Shown in pieces: positions 8,215 through 17,486 of a DNA stretch of 54,528 bases (the first letter of the stretch is position 1; each line of letters opens with the position of its first letter). The notes beneath the pieces are model-generated. The model saw nothing but the letters and a program-made list of their open reading frames with translations, ran no database searches and had not been told where the DNA came from. The translations under genes were made by a program, and so were the position numbers. This DNA is from a virus (taxonomy: Duplodnaviria; Caudoviricetes): IMG/VR virus record IMGVR_UViG_3300011441_000013, positions 1-54,528 of that record; one strand, written 5' to 3'.

Positions 8215-8693
8215 GAACTCTGCTGATCGTTTGTCTTCTGGCGTCGGCGCCTCAGGTCGCACTGGCACAAGAGCCGCGCGTTCAACTCCCGACCGAGACG
8301 CAGCGCAAGGTTGCGGATGCCGCCTCTTGGGCGACAGCGTTCACCACGGTAGCTCTTGACACCAGAGCATCGTGGGACTGCACAGATCGACGACGCTGCT
8401 TCACGACTCAAGGTGCTCGACTTGGCGTGACCTACGGCGTGGTCTACTTGGTCAAGAAGCTCGTACACCGTAAGCGACCATGCTATCCAGACTGCGGAAT
8501 CGACAATCCATTCTCTTCCTTCTATAGTGCTCACACCGCGCTGGCGTTCCAGTCGGTGGGTGGCCATCGCTTGATGTTCACCATCCCTCTTTCCATCAGC
8601 ACAGGCGGACTTCGTGTCGCTGCTGGCAAGCACTGGATCACCGACACGCTCGTTGGGGCGGGCGCGGGACTTCTTACTTCAAGGATCAGGTGA
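8211..8693 (+). CDS. PAP2-family phosphatase-like protein with signal peptide
   Basis: Motifs K.....RKRP, SFYSAHT, RVAAGKHWITD. Confidence 0.8.
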   Translation: MRTLLIVCLLASAPQVALAQEPRVQLPTETQRKVADAASWATAFTTVALDTRASWDCTDRRRCFTTQGARLGVTYGVVYLVKKLVHRKRPCYPDCGIDNPFSSFYSAHTALAFQSVGGHRLMFTIPLSISTGGLRVAAGKHWITDTLVGAGAGLLTSRIR

Positions 8694-8696
8694 CAC

Positions 8697-9143
8697 ATGA
8701 GGAAGCTCCAACGCTTCTCGATCGCCATCATCGTCGCCGCGCTCTCTGCTTCGTGTGCATTGGTTCGCGTCAATCCGAATCAGTCAGAGGCCCAGCAAGC
8801 TCGCGCCGCGGCCATCCAGATCTTTCAGGCAGTCGAGATGGCGGGCATCGCCCTCGAGCAAGTGCAGATCACCGAGATTCAGATGTTCGACGCCGGCAGG
8901 ATCGAGCGCGAACCGCATCGCGTGTTCCAGTCGCGGCTATTGGTCACGGCGCGCATCGTCCGCACAGGGCTGAAGCAGATCCAGTCGGCGACCAGCAAGC
9001 CAGAGTTGAAGAACACCGTTAACTTGATCCTCGAGGATCTCAAGCATCTTCGAGATGACTTCTTGACCCCATTTCCGCCGGCGGTGGGCGCTGGTCTGAA
9101 CACGCTCATCTCGAGCTTGTCCATCGTGCTCTTGATTCTCTGA
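8697..9143 (+). CDS. Putative lipoprotein with hydrophobic C-terminus (u-spanin-like topology)
   Basis: Signal ending ALSASC; helical body; C-terminal LISSLSIVLLIL. Confidence 0.55.
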   Translation: MRKLQRFSIAIIVAALSASCALVRVNPNQSEAQQARAAAIQIFQAVEMAGIALEQVQITEIQMFDAGRIEREPHRVFQSRLLVTARIVRTGLKQIQSATSKPELKNTVNLILEDLKHLRDDFLTPFPPAVGAGLNTLISSLSIVLLIL

Positions 9144-9153
9144 GGGAGATTCC

Positions 9154-9354
9154 ATGATCACCGCTGAAGCAGTCATCGCTGCCGTTCAAGTCGCGCGCAA
9201 GCTCGTCGACGCGTGGCGTGGCCGCGCCAAGTTCGTTGACGGCACCACGCTGGAACAGTCGCATGTCGACGCCGCGTGGGCAAAGGCCGATGCTCCGTTC
9301 GAGAGGATCGAGGATCGTGCGAAGGCTGAGCTCGAGCGAACTGAAGGCGAGTGA
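9154..9354 (+). CDS. Hypothetical protein
   Basis: GGGAG RBS, tight packing. Confidence 0.65.
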   Translation: MITAEAVIAAVQVARKLVDAWRGRAKFVDGTTLEQSHVDAAWAKADAPFERIEDRAKAELERTEGE

Positions 9355-10112
9355 TGATCATAACGCTTGCCTCGGCTCTCATGCTCGCTGGCGTCGTGCT
9401 GCTTGTGACGCTTGTCTGGTCACTGCTCTCGTTGCGCAAGCATCACGTTCGGAGAGCATCGGGCTGGAAGGCGGTGCTCGCCTTCACGGTGGTGCTGGCG
9501 ATGGTCGACGCATCGGACTTCGCGAGTGCGAGGCGACAGTCAACAATCCCTGCCGAGTGTCGAGCGAGCTTCGATCGGAGCTTCGACTACGCTTCGGCGC
9601 TGCTTACCGTCTCGCCATCTTACACTTGGGACACGACGAAGTGTCCGAACATCAAGGTGCCATATCGCATCGCAGCGAACGACGCTGCTGGCAACATAGG
9701 CGCCGTCACAGGCACGCTGTCGGTGTTGAACATGGGTCGCGTGCCGATCCTCGGCTTCGAGACTGCGACGCAGATCTATCCGCTCGGCGGCTACGTAGAG
9801 CTCATCACCTCTGATGTCAAGAAGCGAACGTTCGGCCTCAGCGATGAGAACTTCCGCTTCAGCTGGTCAATCGTGTCACAGAACAATGAGGCATGGGTGG
9901 TCGAGAACGGTGTGCTGCGGAGCATCCGCCCAGCGCCGAGGGGTTCCATTCTTCGCCTGTCGGTGTCTGACGGCACCGTGACGTATCTACGAAATGGCGT
10001 CGTGTTCTTCACGTCGCCTCGCAAGATGTTGGCATCAAGTAAGGTGCAGGTTGATGTTGAGGACGACAAGACGCTCCTCGGCTTGCTCACCATCGCTGGA
10101 GGAGCAAGGTGA
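9351..10112 (+). CDS. Membrane-anchored beta-rich protein
   Basis: Two N-terminal hydrophobic segments; C-terminal beta domain (VVENGV...LRLSVSDGTVTYLRNGVVFFTS). Confidence 0.65.
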   Translation: MMIITLASALMLAGVVLLVTLVWSLLSLRKHHVRRASGWKAVLAFTVVLAMVDASDFASARRQSTIPAECRASFDRSFDYASALLTVSPSYTWDTTKCPNIKVPYRIAANDAAGNIGAVTGTLSVLNMGRVPILGFETATQIYPLGGYVELITSDVKKRTFGLSDENFRFSWSIVSQNNEAWVVENGVLRSIRPAPRGSILRLSVSDGTVTYLRNGVVFFTSPRKMLASSKVQVDVEDDKTLLGLLTIAGGAR

Positions 10113-10570
10113 CGCTGATGGCGATCGCCGCAGCGGTCGTTGTTGCTGGCGGCGCGGCGTATGGCGTCTATCGTTGGCGGAAGCGTCGGGGACATGGGGT
10201 CGCCACGCATGTTTACTTCATCGTGAAGGGAAAGAGGACCGACATGGAGACACTGAAGGTAGGCCAGCTCATTCGTCCGGCGCTCGACGTTCGTGACCGC
10301 TTTGGCAACCCAGCTGCGGTCGATGGCGTTCCAGCCTGGACACCGCCGACGAGTCCGACGCATGGCATCCTCGAGGTCGCAGCGGATGGCATGTCGGCCA
10401 TCTTTCGCGCACGCGGAACAGGCCAGGGTTCCTTCACCGTGACGTGCGATGCGGACCTCGGTGAAGGCGTGCGGTCGATCACCGGCATCCTCAGCTACAC
10501 GGTCTTGGCTGCGGAGGCAACGGTGATCAACTTCAACGTTGGGCCGGCGGAAGAAGATCCCAGCGCGTGA
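10109..10570 (+). CDS. N-terminal TM protein with Ig-like beta domain
   Basis: TM followed by RWRKRR; DRFGNPAAVDG.P.W, DADLGEGV. Confidence 0.65.
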   Translation: MTLMAIAAAVVVAGGAAYGVYRWRKRRGHGVATHVYFIVKGKRTDMETLKVGQLIRPALDVRDRFGNPAAVDGVPAWTPPTSPTHGILEVAADGMSAIFRARGTGQGSFTVTCDADLGEGVRSITGILSYTVLAAEATVINFNVGPAEEDPSA

Positions 10571-10577
10571 AGAAACG

Positions 10578-10868
10578 ATGCCGCCGTTCACCTCCGCCCA
10601 GCTGAAGGAGATGGCGACCGGCTCGTTGTGCTGCTCACGGGCACGGTGGTCCGAAGCGGAACCAAACTGTTCCGTTCGGACACCGTGTCCCGTGCACGCT
10701 GAAGTGTATCGCGCTCTCATTCAGGGTGCACAAGATCGTGCAATCCTCGAGGGTTTGCATCGGAAGGTGACGAAGGCAGAACGAGAGCGTTCGTCTAACA
10801 GCTCGAGTCCGCGTGACAGGCGGAGGCAACCTCGATTCGTTGCACGGATCATGAAGAGGGACATGTGA
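10578..10868 (+). CDS. Hypothetical Cys/His-containing protein
   Basis: ORF fills the gap; CC...C....CPVH. Confidence 0.5.
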   Translation: MPPFTSAQLKEMATGSLCCSRARWSEAEPNCSVRTPCPVHAEVYRALIQGAQDRAILEGLHRKVTKAERERSSNSSSPRDRRRQPRFVARIMKRDM

Positions 10869-11296
10869 TGAGCGACATGGAAGCGAAGTTGGCTCAGCTG
10901 GGGGCGACGGTTGCATCTGGCTTCGCAGAGGTGCGCGCCGGCATGGCGCTTCACGAGCGTCGCCAACAGGAACGTCACGTTGAAAACACCGATCGTCTCG
11001 ACAAGATCAATGGTCGCGTCAACGATGCGCACTCCAAGACGGATGAGCTTGGCGGCGTCGTTCAGTCGCTGTCGGCCAGAGTCGAAGTTGTTCATTCGAA
11101 CTATCACAATCTTCGGAATTGGATTCAAGAGAAGGCAGGTCGCGTGATGCCGCCAAGTAAGGAAGCGTTGGCATCTGGTGATTCCCAGCCTGTCAGCAGA
11201 GCCGAGCTGAAGTGGATCATCGGATTGATCGTGGCGTGCATCACGATTGGTGCAGGTGTCACGATCTGGATCATGAAGATTGCTGGGAAGCTGTAG
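10865..11296 (+). CDS. Coiled-coil protein with C-terminal TM (holin/XhlA-like topology)
   Basis: Heptad-like body; WIIGLIVACITIGAGVTIWI. Confidence 0.6.
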   Translation: MMSDMEAKLAQLGATVASGFAEVRAGMALHERRQQERHVENTDRLDKINGRVNDAHSKTDELGGVVQSLSARVEVVHSNYHNLRNWIQEKAGRVMPPSKEALASGDSQPVSRAELKWIIGLIVACITIGAGVTIWIMKIAGKL

Positions 11297-11303
11297 AGGA
11301 CAC

Positions 11304-12821
11304 ATGCCTGTCACTGATACGCGCAAAGACTACGAAGCCATTCTCCCCAAGTGGCAGCGCTTGCGCGACTGCTTCAATGGCCGCGACGCCATCATCGCCG
11401 CCGGCAACAAGTATGTGCCCGATCTGCCTGGCGTCGACCTCGCCGGCAACAAGGCGTACCGTGAGCGCGGCAGCTACTACAATGCCGTAGGCCGTACGGT
11501 ACAAGGCATGAACGGTGCCATCTTCCAGACGGCGCCAGAGGTGGAGCTGCCAGCAATCTCAGACCCGTTGCTCGACGACATCACGCTGACGAACATCACG
11601 TTCGAGTCCTTCTCCACTGAAGTTGGCAAGGAGATCTTCATCACCGGACGCTACGGCGTGCTCGTCGACATGCCGATTCAGCCCCCGGCCGGAGAGACGC
11701 AGAAGCCAGACGTCGACATGCGCCCCTACTGCGTCGGCTATCGGGCCGAAGACATCATCAACTGGCGCACCGAGCGTCGGGGCGGCGACGAAGTGCTCAC
11801 GATGGTCGTGCTGAAGGAGGATGAAGAGATCGTCGATCCGAAGGACCCCTATGCGTGCGTGAGGGTCTGTCAGTATCGGGCCGTCTACTTGAAGGGCGGC
11901 GTCTGTGTGCTTCAGCTCTATCGTGAGAAGGCTGGCGAGGTTGGAGTCTACGAGCCTTACGGTGCTGAAGTCACGCTGATGCGGCGCGGTGATGCCTTGA
12001 CCTTTGTGCCGTTCATCTTCATCGGCGCCATCAAGCCGACGCCCGAGGTTGAGCATCCACCTCTCGTCGACATGGCGGACGTGAACCTTGGTCACTGGCG
12101 AAACTCCGTCGACCATGAGTATGGACTGCACCTCGTGGCTCTTCCGACGCCGTGGTTGGCTGGGCGCAAAGGGTCGTCCGAGGGTCCGATGAAGATCGGT
12201 CCATCTGTCGTCTGGGAGCTTGAGCTTCAAGGCTCGGCAGGAATGTTGGAGTTCAGCGGTCAGGGATTGGGCGCCATCGTGACGGCGATGGGCGAGAAGA
12301 AGAAGCAGATGGCGACGCTCGGTGCCAGACTGCTTGAGGATGCGCCAGTCACGTCAGAGACCGCCTCCGCCGTGAAGCTCCGACACAGCGGCGAGACGGC
12401 GTCGCTCAAGACGGTCGCGCAGAGTCTTGAGCAGGGCTTCACGTTGATGCTGCAGATCTGCGTGTGGTGGCAAACGGCTGGCTTGGCGAAGCCGACGGAC
12501 GCCCTTGTTGAGGTGGAGTTGAACAAGGAGTATCTCAACATCAGAGCGACGCCGCAAGAGATTCAAGTGGCATTGACCGCTCTTCAGGCTGGCGAAATGA
12601 GCTTCGAGACGTGGTATTCGCTGCTTCAGAAGGGCGGCTGGTCGCGCGAAGGGATCACGGCGGAAGAGGAGCGCAAGGCCATCGACACGGCTGAGGCTTC
12701 CGAAGATGAGCCGGAGATCGATCCCGATCTGAGTCCTAATGAGCCGCCGCCACAAGCTCCTAAGAAGAAGGTTGTTCGCGGTTCGGATGGCAAGGTGAAG
12801 TATGAGATCTCAGAGGAGTAA
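11304..12821 (+). CDS. Portal protein (DUF4055 type)
   Basis: GAGGA RBS; Y..RG.YYNAVGRT, GRYGVLVD, IINWR, PPL..MA..NL.H.RNS.D, LGARL. Confidence 0.9.
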   Translation: MPVTDTRKDYEAILPKWQRLRDCFNGRDAIIAAGNKYVPDLPGVDLAGNKAYRERGSYYNAVGRTVQGMNGAIFQTAPEVELPAISDPLLDDITLTNITFESFSTEVGKEIFITGRYGVLVDMPIQPPAGETQKPDVDMRPYCVGYRAEDIINWRTERRGGDEVLTMVVLKEDEEIVDPKDPYACVRVCQYRAVYLKGGVCVLQLYREKAGEVGVYEPYGAEVTLMRRGDALTFVPFIFIGAIKPTPEVEHPPLVDMADVNLGHWRNSVDHEYGLHLVALPTPWLAGRKGSSEGPMKIGPSVVWELELQGSAGMLEFSGQGLGAIVTAMGEKKKQMATLGARLLEDAPVTSETASAVKLRHSGETASLKTVAQSLEQGFTLMLQICVWWQTAGLAKPTDALVEVELNKEYLNIRATPQEIQVALTALQAGEMSFETWYSLLQKGGWSREGITAEEERKAIDTAEASEDEPEIDPDLSPNEPPPQAPKKKVVRGSDGKVKYEISEE

Positions 12822-12824
12822 CGC

Positions 12825-13232
12825 ATGATCCGACAAGCGGTTGCTGACGCCTTCAAGTTGGATCTGCTTCGACGTTTGGTGTCGGACGTCTTCAGAATGG
12901 CGCTCTACACTGATGGTGCTAACATCGATCAGAGTACGACGCATTACACGACCGATGGCGAGGTTTATGGTCCTGGCTACATGGCAGGTGGCATCGTGCT
13001 TCAAGGCTTGACGATCGTGCTGGATGGTTCAGTGGCCTTGATGGATTGGGCAGATCCTGTATGGCCAAACGCCAGCATCACGGCACGCGGCGCGTTGATC
13101 TACAACTTCACGCAGGCTAACAGAGCAGTTGGCATCATCGACCTTGGGAAGAACTACACAAGCACCAATGGCGCGTTTCTCGTCGTGTTGCCCGAGCCAA
13201 CTGCTAAGACGTCGTTGATTCGCATCAGCTGA
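12825..13232 (+). CDS. Putative virion structural protein
   Basis: FK..LL, F.MALYT, GY.AGG..L, D..D..W..ASITARGALIYN: recurrent phage structural family. Confidence 0.7.
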   Translation: MIRQAVADAFKLDLLRRLVSDVFRMALYTDGANIDQSTTHYTTDGEVYGPGYMAGGIVLQGLTIVLDGSVALMDWADPVWPNASITARGALIYNFTQANRAVGIIDLGKNYTSTNGAFLVVLPEPTAKTSLIRIS

Positions 13233-13242
13233 GGAGACCTTC

Positions 13243-13641
13243 ATGTCACTGCTCGTTCCGAACGTTGGTGAGGATGTCATGCTGCAGAACATCCTCAACA
13301 AGACGGCCCCTCAGAACGGCCGCTTGAAGCTCTACACCAACAACATCACGCCAGCAGAGACGGACGTCACGGCCACATACACTGAGGCGGCTGGCTTCGG
13401 CTATGCGGACATCCTGCTTTCTCCCGCATCGTGGAGCATCACGCCAGGAGCGCCAACCTCGGCAGCGTATCCAGAGCAGACGTTCACGTTCACGGGGGCG
13501 CTCGGCAACGTCTACGGCTACTTCGTGCCACAGACGACGAGCACGATCCTCTTGTTCGCGGAACGGTTCACGACCGGTCCATTCCTCATCGCCAACAGCG
13601 GTGACCAGATCAAGGTCACGCCTCAGTTCACAGGAGAATAA
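13243..13641 (+). CDS. Putative virion structural protein
   Basis: LKLYTNNITPAETD, GY....L....W, VYGYF, LLFAERF. Confidence 0.7.
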   Translation: MSLLVPNVGEDVMLQNILNKTAPQNGRLKLYTNNITPAETDVTATYTEAAGFGYADILLSPASWSITPGAPTSAAYPEQTFTFTGALGNVYGYFVPQTTSTILLFAERFTTGPFLIANSGDQIKVTPQFTGE

Positions 13642-13643
13642 GC

Positions 13644-13868
13644 ATGCCCCGCAAAGGACAGTGGGTCAAGGTGGGTGGACAGATCGGCATCTGGCATGCT
13701 GGTCAGTTCCATCAAGTCAACGAGGCGGGACATACCGTGAAGGTTCGTTCTGTGGATCCTTCTGCCTGTGTGCCCGTCACAGACGTGAAGGACATTCCGG
13801 CATCTCGTCGAGCGCATCTCCCCGAGGGCTACAACCCACATACGCGACAGATTGAGGAGAGGAACTAA
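13644..13868 (+). CDS. Hypothetical protein
   Basis: GGAG RBS, coupled to neighbours. Confidence 0.65.
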   Translation: MPRKGQWVKVGGQIGIWHAGQFHQVNEAGHTVKVRSVDPSACVPVTDVKDIPASRRAHLPEGYNPHTRQIEERN

Positions 13869-14419
13869 TGGCTGTTCAGGTCATCGCATCTTCGTACACA
13901 GACGGCCCGGCATTGACGGCCGCCGCGGCGGCCAGCTGTGTGCCGACTTACTTCCCCACCACTCTGCCCGCTGGCTACTGGCAGATCGGGCGCATCTGGC
14001 GCGTGACACTGACGGGCCGCATCTCCGTCGCGGTCACGACGCCAGGCACGCTGCGATGGGATGTGCGCCTTGGTGGCGTGGTCGCGGCCGACACGCTGGC
14101 GGTCCTCGGCAACATCGTTGCGAAGACCAACGTCGGTTTTCTGCTCACTGGGTTGCTCACGTGCCGTGCAGTGGGGTCTGGCACGTCGGCGAACATCATG
14201 AATCAGTGGAGGCTGACGACGGAGGCTTCCATCAACACCGCAGTTCCAACGACAGGCCCTGGTCCTGGTGGCGCGAACCTCCCGTGGAACACGGCGCCGG
14301 TGGTTGGCACGGGCTTCAACAGTCAATCGGCGTTGACGTTGGACATCTTCTTCACGCAGACGGTGGCCACTGGATCGATGACTGTGCATCAGGCGATCAT
14401 CGAACAGTTGACACCCTAA
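13868..14419 (+). CDS. Putative structural beta protein, paralog of 27569..28126
   Basis: Shares TDG..LTAAAAA, TTPGT, LPWNTAP.VG and D.FFTQTVATGSMTVHQ. Confidence 0.75.
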   Translation: MAVQVIASSYTDGPALTAAAAASCVPTYFPTTLPAGYWQIGRIWRVTLTGRISVAVTTPGTLRWDVRLGGVVAADTLAVLGNIVAKTNVGFLLTGLLTCRAVGSGTSANIMNQWRLTTEASINTAVPTTGPGPGGANLPWNTAPVVGTGFNSQSALTLDIFFTQTVATGSMTVHQAIIEQLTP

Positions 14420-14430
14420 CGGGGGACACG

Positions 14431-15030
14431 ATGCCGGTGATCCTACCGTCACTGCAAGATCCTACAGATCTCGTGGTTCAAGGTTTGCAGTTGTCGATTC
14501 CTGATGAACCTTATCAATGGGAATCATACTGGTCGCCGCTCATCAGCGATCCGCCCGATCGTTTGCCGAACGTTGTCTTCAGTCAAGTTACACTCCCATA
14601 TGAAACTGGGATGATGGAAATCTCAACACGTCGGTTCAGCGCACGAGTGTCTAATCCAGCTATCGGCCATGGGATTCGCGCGAATGCCTGCGTCTGCACG
14701 CCGACCGGAGCGACCATCCCAGTGCAGCTCGGCCAGCAGCTTGGGCTCAAGAACGACATCGGGCAGACGACGGTTCAGTTCTTGCTGAGCGGCATCACGA
14801 AGGACGATACGGGCGCGCCGCTGGGCAACTGTCGCGTGGTGGTGTTCGAGACGGCACGACTTCAGATAGACGGAGCACCTATCGTAGTTGAGACCGTCTC
14901 CGATGGCAGCGGCAACTATGCGGTGATCGTTCCCATGAACACCGCATATCAAGCCATCGCCTACAAGCCGGGCTCACCGGACGTCGCAGGCATCACTCGC
15001 AACGACTTGGTCCCAGTCGCCAATGGCTGA
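14431..15030 (+). CDS. Structural protein with C-terminal carboxypeptidase-regulatory/Cna-B-like beta sandwich
   Basis: LSGITKDDTGAPLGNCRVVVF...TVSDGSGNY; GGGGA RBS. Confidence 0.7.
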   Translation: MPVILPSLQDPTDLVVQGLQLSIPDEPYQWESYWSPLISDPPDRLPNVVFSQVTLPYETGMMEISTRRFSARVSNPAIGHGIRANACVCTPTGATIPVQLGQQLGLKNDIGQTTVQFLLSGITKDDTGAPLGNCRVVVFETARLQIDGAPIVVETVSDGSGNYAVIVPMNTAYQAIAYKPGSPDVAGITRNDLVPVANG

Positions 15031-15928
15031 CATCTTTCTATATTCGGGGGAGCCTAACCCAAACGACATCAAGCTCTCCGATCCCACGGTGCTTCGCGGT
15101 GGAGTGGTCGTCTACTCTTACACGGGCACCGGCGGCATCATCTTCGCTGGAGCGGCGGCTTACAGCGAGGCTTGGGCTTATGCAGGTGCAGGTGGCATCG
15201 CGTTTGGTGGCGATGCTGCAGTTACAGAAACGTGGGCATATGCAGGTGCAGGTGGCATCGCGTTTGGTGGCGATGCTGCAGTTACAGAAACGTGGGCATA
15301 TGCAGGTGCAGGTGGCATCGTCTTCGCTGGAGCAGCGACCTATGCTGAGGCTTGGGCATATGCAGGTGCAGGTGGCATCATCTTCGGCGGCGCTGCTGCC
15401 GCATCCTACGTGCCTGGCATCATTGTCTATGCCTACACTGGCTCTGGCGGCATCACGTTTGGCGGTGCAGCTCATTATGTTGGGCCGACAGCAGTCGTCA
15501 TAGATAAGTCTGGCGGTTACTTCCGTCGTCGTTACCACATGGAAGTGCATCTGGAGGGCGTCGAAGCACAGCTCTCCATTGGGCAAGTCTCTGTCATCGC
15601 CAAGACTTCTGCATCGATCTCTGGCGTTGAATTGCAGACGAGCGTCGGTCAGGTTGCGGTTGATGCAGTCGCGCTTCTTGGCTTGGACGACTTGAAGGTT
15701 GCTGCTGACATTGGTCAAGTTCACATCGTGGCATCGGTTCGTACTGCTGTTGTTCTTCCGTTTGTCATATCTGGCAAGATGGGGCAAGCGGAAGGACAAG
15801 TCTTGGTTCGTGCGCAGGTCGAAGGAAGAAGCGTCACTGCTCAGATAGGGCGTGCATCCGTCGTGATCGGTGAAGATCTTGTAGAGCAGGAGCTTGATGA
15901 GATCTTGTTCTTGCTGGAAGTTGCATGA
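15023..15928 (+). CDS. Repeat-rich fibre-like protein
   Basis: Six 20-aa (W/Y)xYxGxGGIxFxGxA repeats, then repeated IGQVxV units. Confidence 0.75.
   Translation: MADIFLYSGEPNPNDIKLSDPTVLRGGVVVYSYTGTGGIIFAGAAAYSEAWAYAGAGGIAFGGDAAVTETWAYAGAGGIAFGGDAAVTETWAYAGAGGIVFAGAATYAEAWAYAGAGGIIFGGAAAASYVPGIIVYAYTGSGGITFGGAAHYVGPTAVVIDKSGGYFRRRYHMEVHLEGVEAQLSIGQVSVIAKTSASISGVELQTSVGQVAVDAVALLGLDDLKVAADIGQVHIVASVRTAVVLPFVISGKMGQAEGQVLVRAQVEGRSVTAQIGRASVVIGEDLVEQELDEILFLLEVA
15179..15320 (+). repeat. Perfect 60-bp intragenic tandem repeat (~2.4 units)
   Basis: Lines 15181-15240 and 15241-15300 are identical. Confidence 0.95.
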
Positions 15929-16176
15929 AGGAGAAGGATCACCAAATGACCCAGCCTCAATCAATCGTCGCTCAGTTGGTCATCGTCTTGAACGCTGACG
16001 GAACTCTCGGCGTCAATGGACCCATCGAGAACAAGATGTTGGTCTATGGCATGCTTGAGATGGCAAAGGATGCCATCAGAGATTTCAACACACAGGCGGC
16101 GAAGAAGATCATCGAGCTGCCGGCTGGCACGACGCTGAGACCAGTGCCGCCTCCGAATGGGAGATCCGGTGGCTAG
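15925..16176 (+). CDS. Hypothetical protein
   Basis: Start 15925 or 15946; V.GPIENKMLVYGMLEMAKD. Confidence 0.7.
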   Translation: MKEKDHQMTQPQSIVAQLVIVLNADGTLGVNGPIENKMLVYGMLEMAKDAIRDFNTQAAKKIIELPAGTTLRPVPPPNGRSGG

Positions 16177-16687
16177 AAAGAAGATCACCCAGCTCACGGC
16201 GCACGCAGCGCCAGCACTGACCGACATCTTACCGATTGTCGATTTGAGTGGAACTGCAACTACAAAGAAATCAACTATCACTCAAGTGCTGTCACCACTG
16301 GTTTCCGCTTCTTATGCAGTCACCTGGACTGCTGTGAGCGTGAATCCGGCTATTGGTGATGGCACGTTAGTGGGGTTGTTTCTCCAGGTCGGAAAAGTCG
16401 TCGACTTCAGCATCACGATGATTGTAGGGTCGACTACAACCTTCGGCACTGGTGCTTGGATCTTCACGCTGCCAGTTGTCTCGCTCGCGATGACGGTGTC
16501 GCGCCCGGTGTTTCAGGCATATGCACAGACCGCCGGTGGTGTCCCATTCATGGGGCTGGCGCGGGCCTCGAACACGACAACGTTCCGCGTGGTGGCGGAA
16601 GGTAGTGTCTACTTTGATTTCGATTCGCCGTTCGTCTGGGCATCGGGCGACTTCTTCAACGTGTTCGGTCGTTATTGGGCAGCATGA
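16169..16687 (+). CDS. Fibre-tip-like structural protein
   Basis: KKITQLT...DILPIVD...TTKK N-terminal fibre motif; G.F..VGK.V...GSTTTFGTG.W.FTLP beta domain. Confidence 0.7.
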   Translation: MARKKITQLTAHAAPALTDILPIVDLSGTATTKKSTITQVLSPLVSASYAVTWTAVSVNPAIGDGTLVGLFLQVGKVVDFSITMIVGSTTTFGTGAWIFTLPVVSLAMTVSRPVFQAYAQTAGGVPFMGLARASNTTTFRVVAEGSVYFDFDSPFVWASGDFFNVFGRYWAA

Positions 16688-17112
16688 TCTACGTCAAGCG
16701 AAACGGCGTAGTGATCTCTGAGCTGTTGAGCGTTACTTCGTCCGATCAGCGTCGCGCACAGATTGACAGAACGACGCACTCGGAGACGACCGATGCCAAG
16801 CAGATGAGCATCATGGATCGTGGTTTCTTGTCGTTTGAGATCAACTACATCGCGATCGATCCAACGCATCAAGGACTCATAGACTCTCTGGCAGGGCTGA
16901 GCGAGGACATCTTCACGTTCGACGATGGCAACGGTGTGGTGACTTCATATGGCATGGTTCAGAGCTTCAAGTATCAATCGTCGCCGGTCGACGCGCCGAT
17001 GCGGGTCAGAGTCGACGTCTTGTTGATTGCCGAGCCGCCGAACTTGCTGTTGCAAGAGAGCGACAGTGAATTGTTAACCGAAGACATCGAAGATTTGGAG
17101 CTGGACTTATGA
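16684..17112 (+). CDS. Tail-tube-like paralog
   Basis: IDRTTHS...FEINYIAIDPTHQGL resembles IETSTHN...FKINYVAADASHINL of 24323..24736. Confidence 0.55.
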   Translation: MIYVKRNGVVISELLSVTSSDQRRAQIDRTTHSETTDAKQMSIMDRGFLSFEINYIAIDPTHQGLIDSLAGLSEDIFTFDDGNGVVTSYGMVQSFKYQSSPVDAPMRVRVDVLLIAEPPNLLLQESDSELLTEDIEDLELDL

Positions 17113-17486
17113 GTTCAAAACTGTACCCAGAAGGCAGCGGCGGCGTTCACAGCGTTTATGAAAGCGGAGTTTTGAAGTTCAAGAACCACGCTGGAGTAGT
17201 CATCTTCTCCGTCGATCCTGCCGCGCAGAGCGTTGGAGGAATGGGCGTGCAGGGCACGAAGGAGGTCTCGTTGTCGGTGTCGACCGCGACGAACACGGCG
17301 TCGTCGTCTGCTGATCCTACCTTGGTCGGTGGCCGCATCTTAGGCTGGCGTCCCAACTCAGGCGGCAACTCCATCTATCAGATTCGAAGTCTCGTGCTGA
17401 ACGCTAATGGGTCGGTGACTGTCTTGATGAACGCCAATCCAACAGTGGCGTCCGCCGTAGTCGTCGCGGTCGTAGCATTGCCATGA
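17109..17486 (+). CDS. Hypothetical structural protein
   Basis: ATGA-coupled, beta-rich. Confidence 0.6.
   Translation: MSSKLYPEGSGGVHSVYESGVLKFKNHAGVVIFSVDPAAQSVGGMGVQGTKEVSLSVSTATNTASSSADPTLVGGRILGWRPNSGGNSIYQIRSLVLNANGSVTVLMNANPTVASAVVVAVVALP

Noticed and set aside
13852-15030. 392-aa ORF as one protein
   Set aside because: The first half overlaps the real 13868..14419 gene; a better start with RBS is at 14431
15179-15320. Regular 60-bp repeats as a CRISPR array
   Set aside because: No unique spacers; the repeats are in-frame coding units
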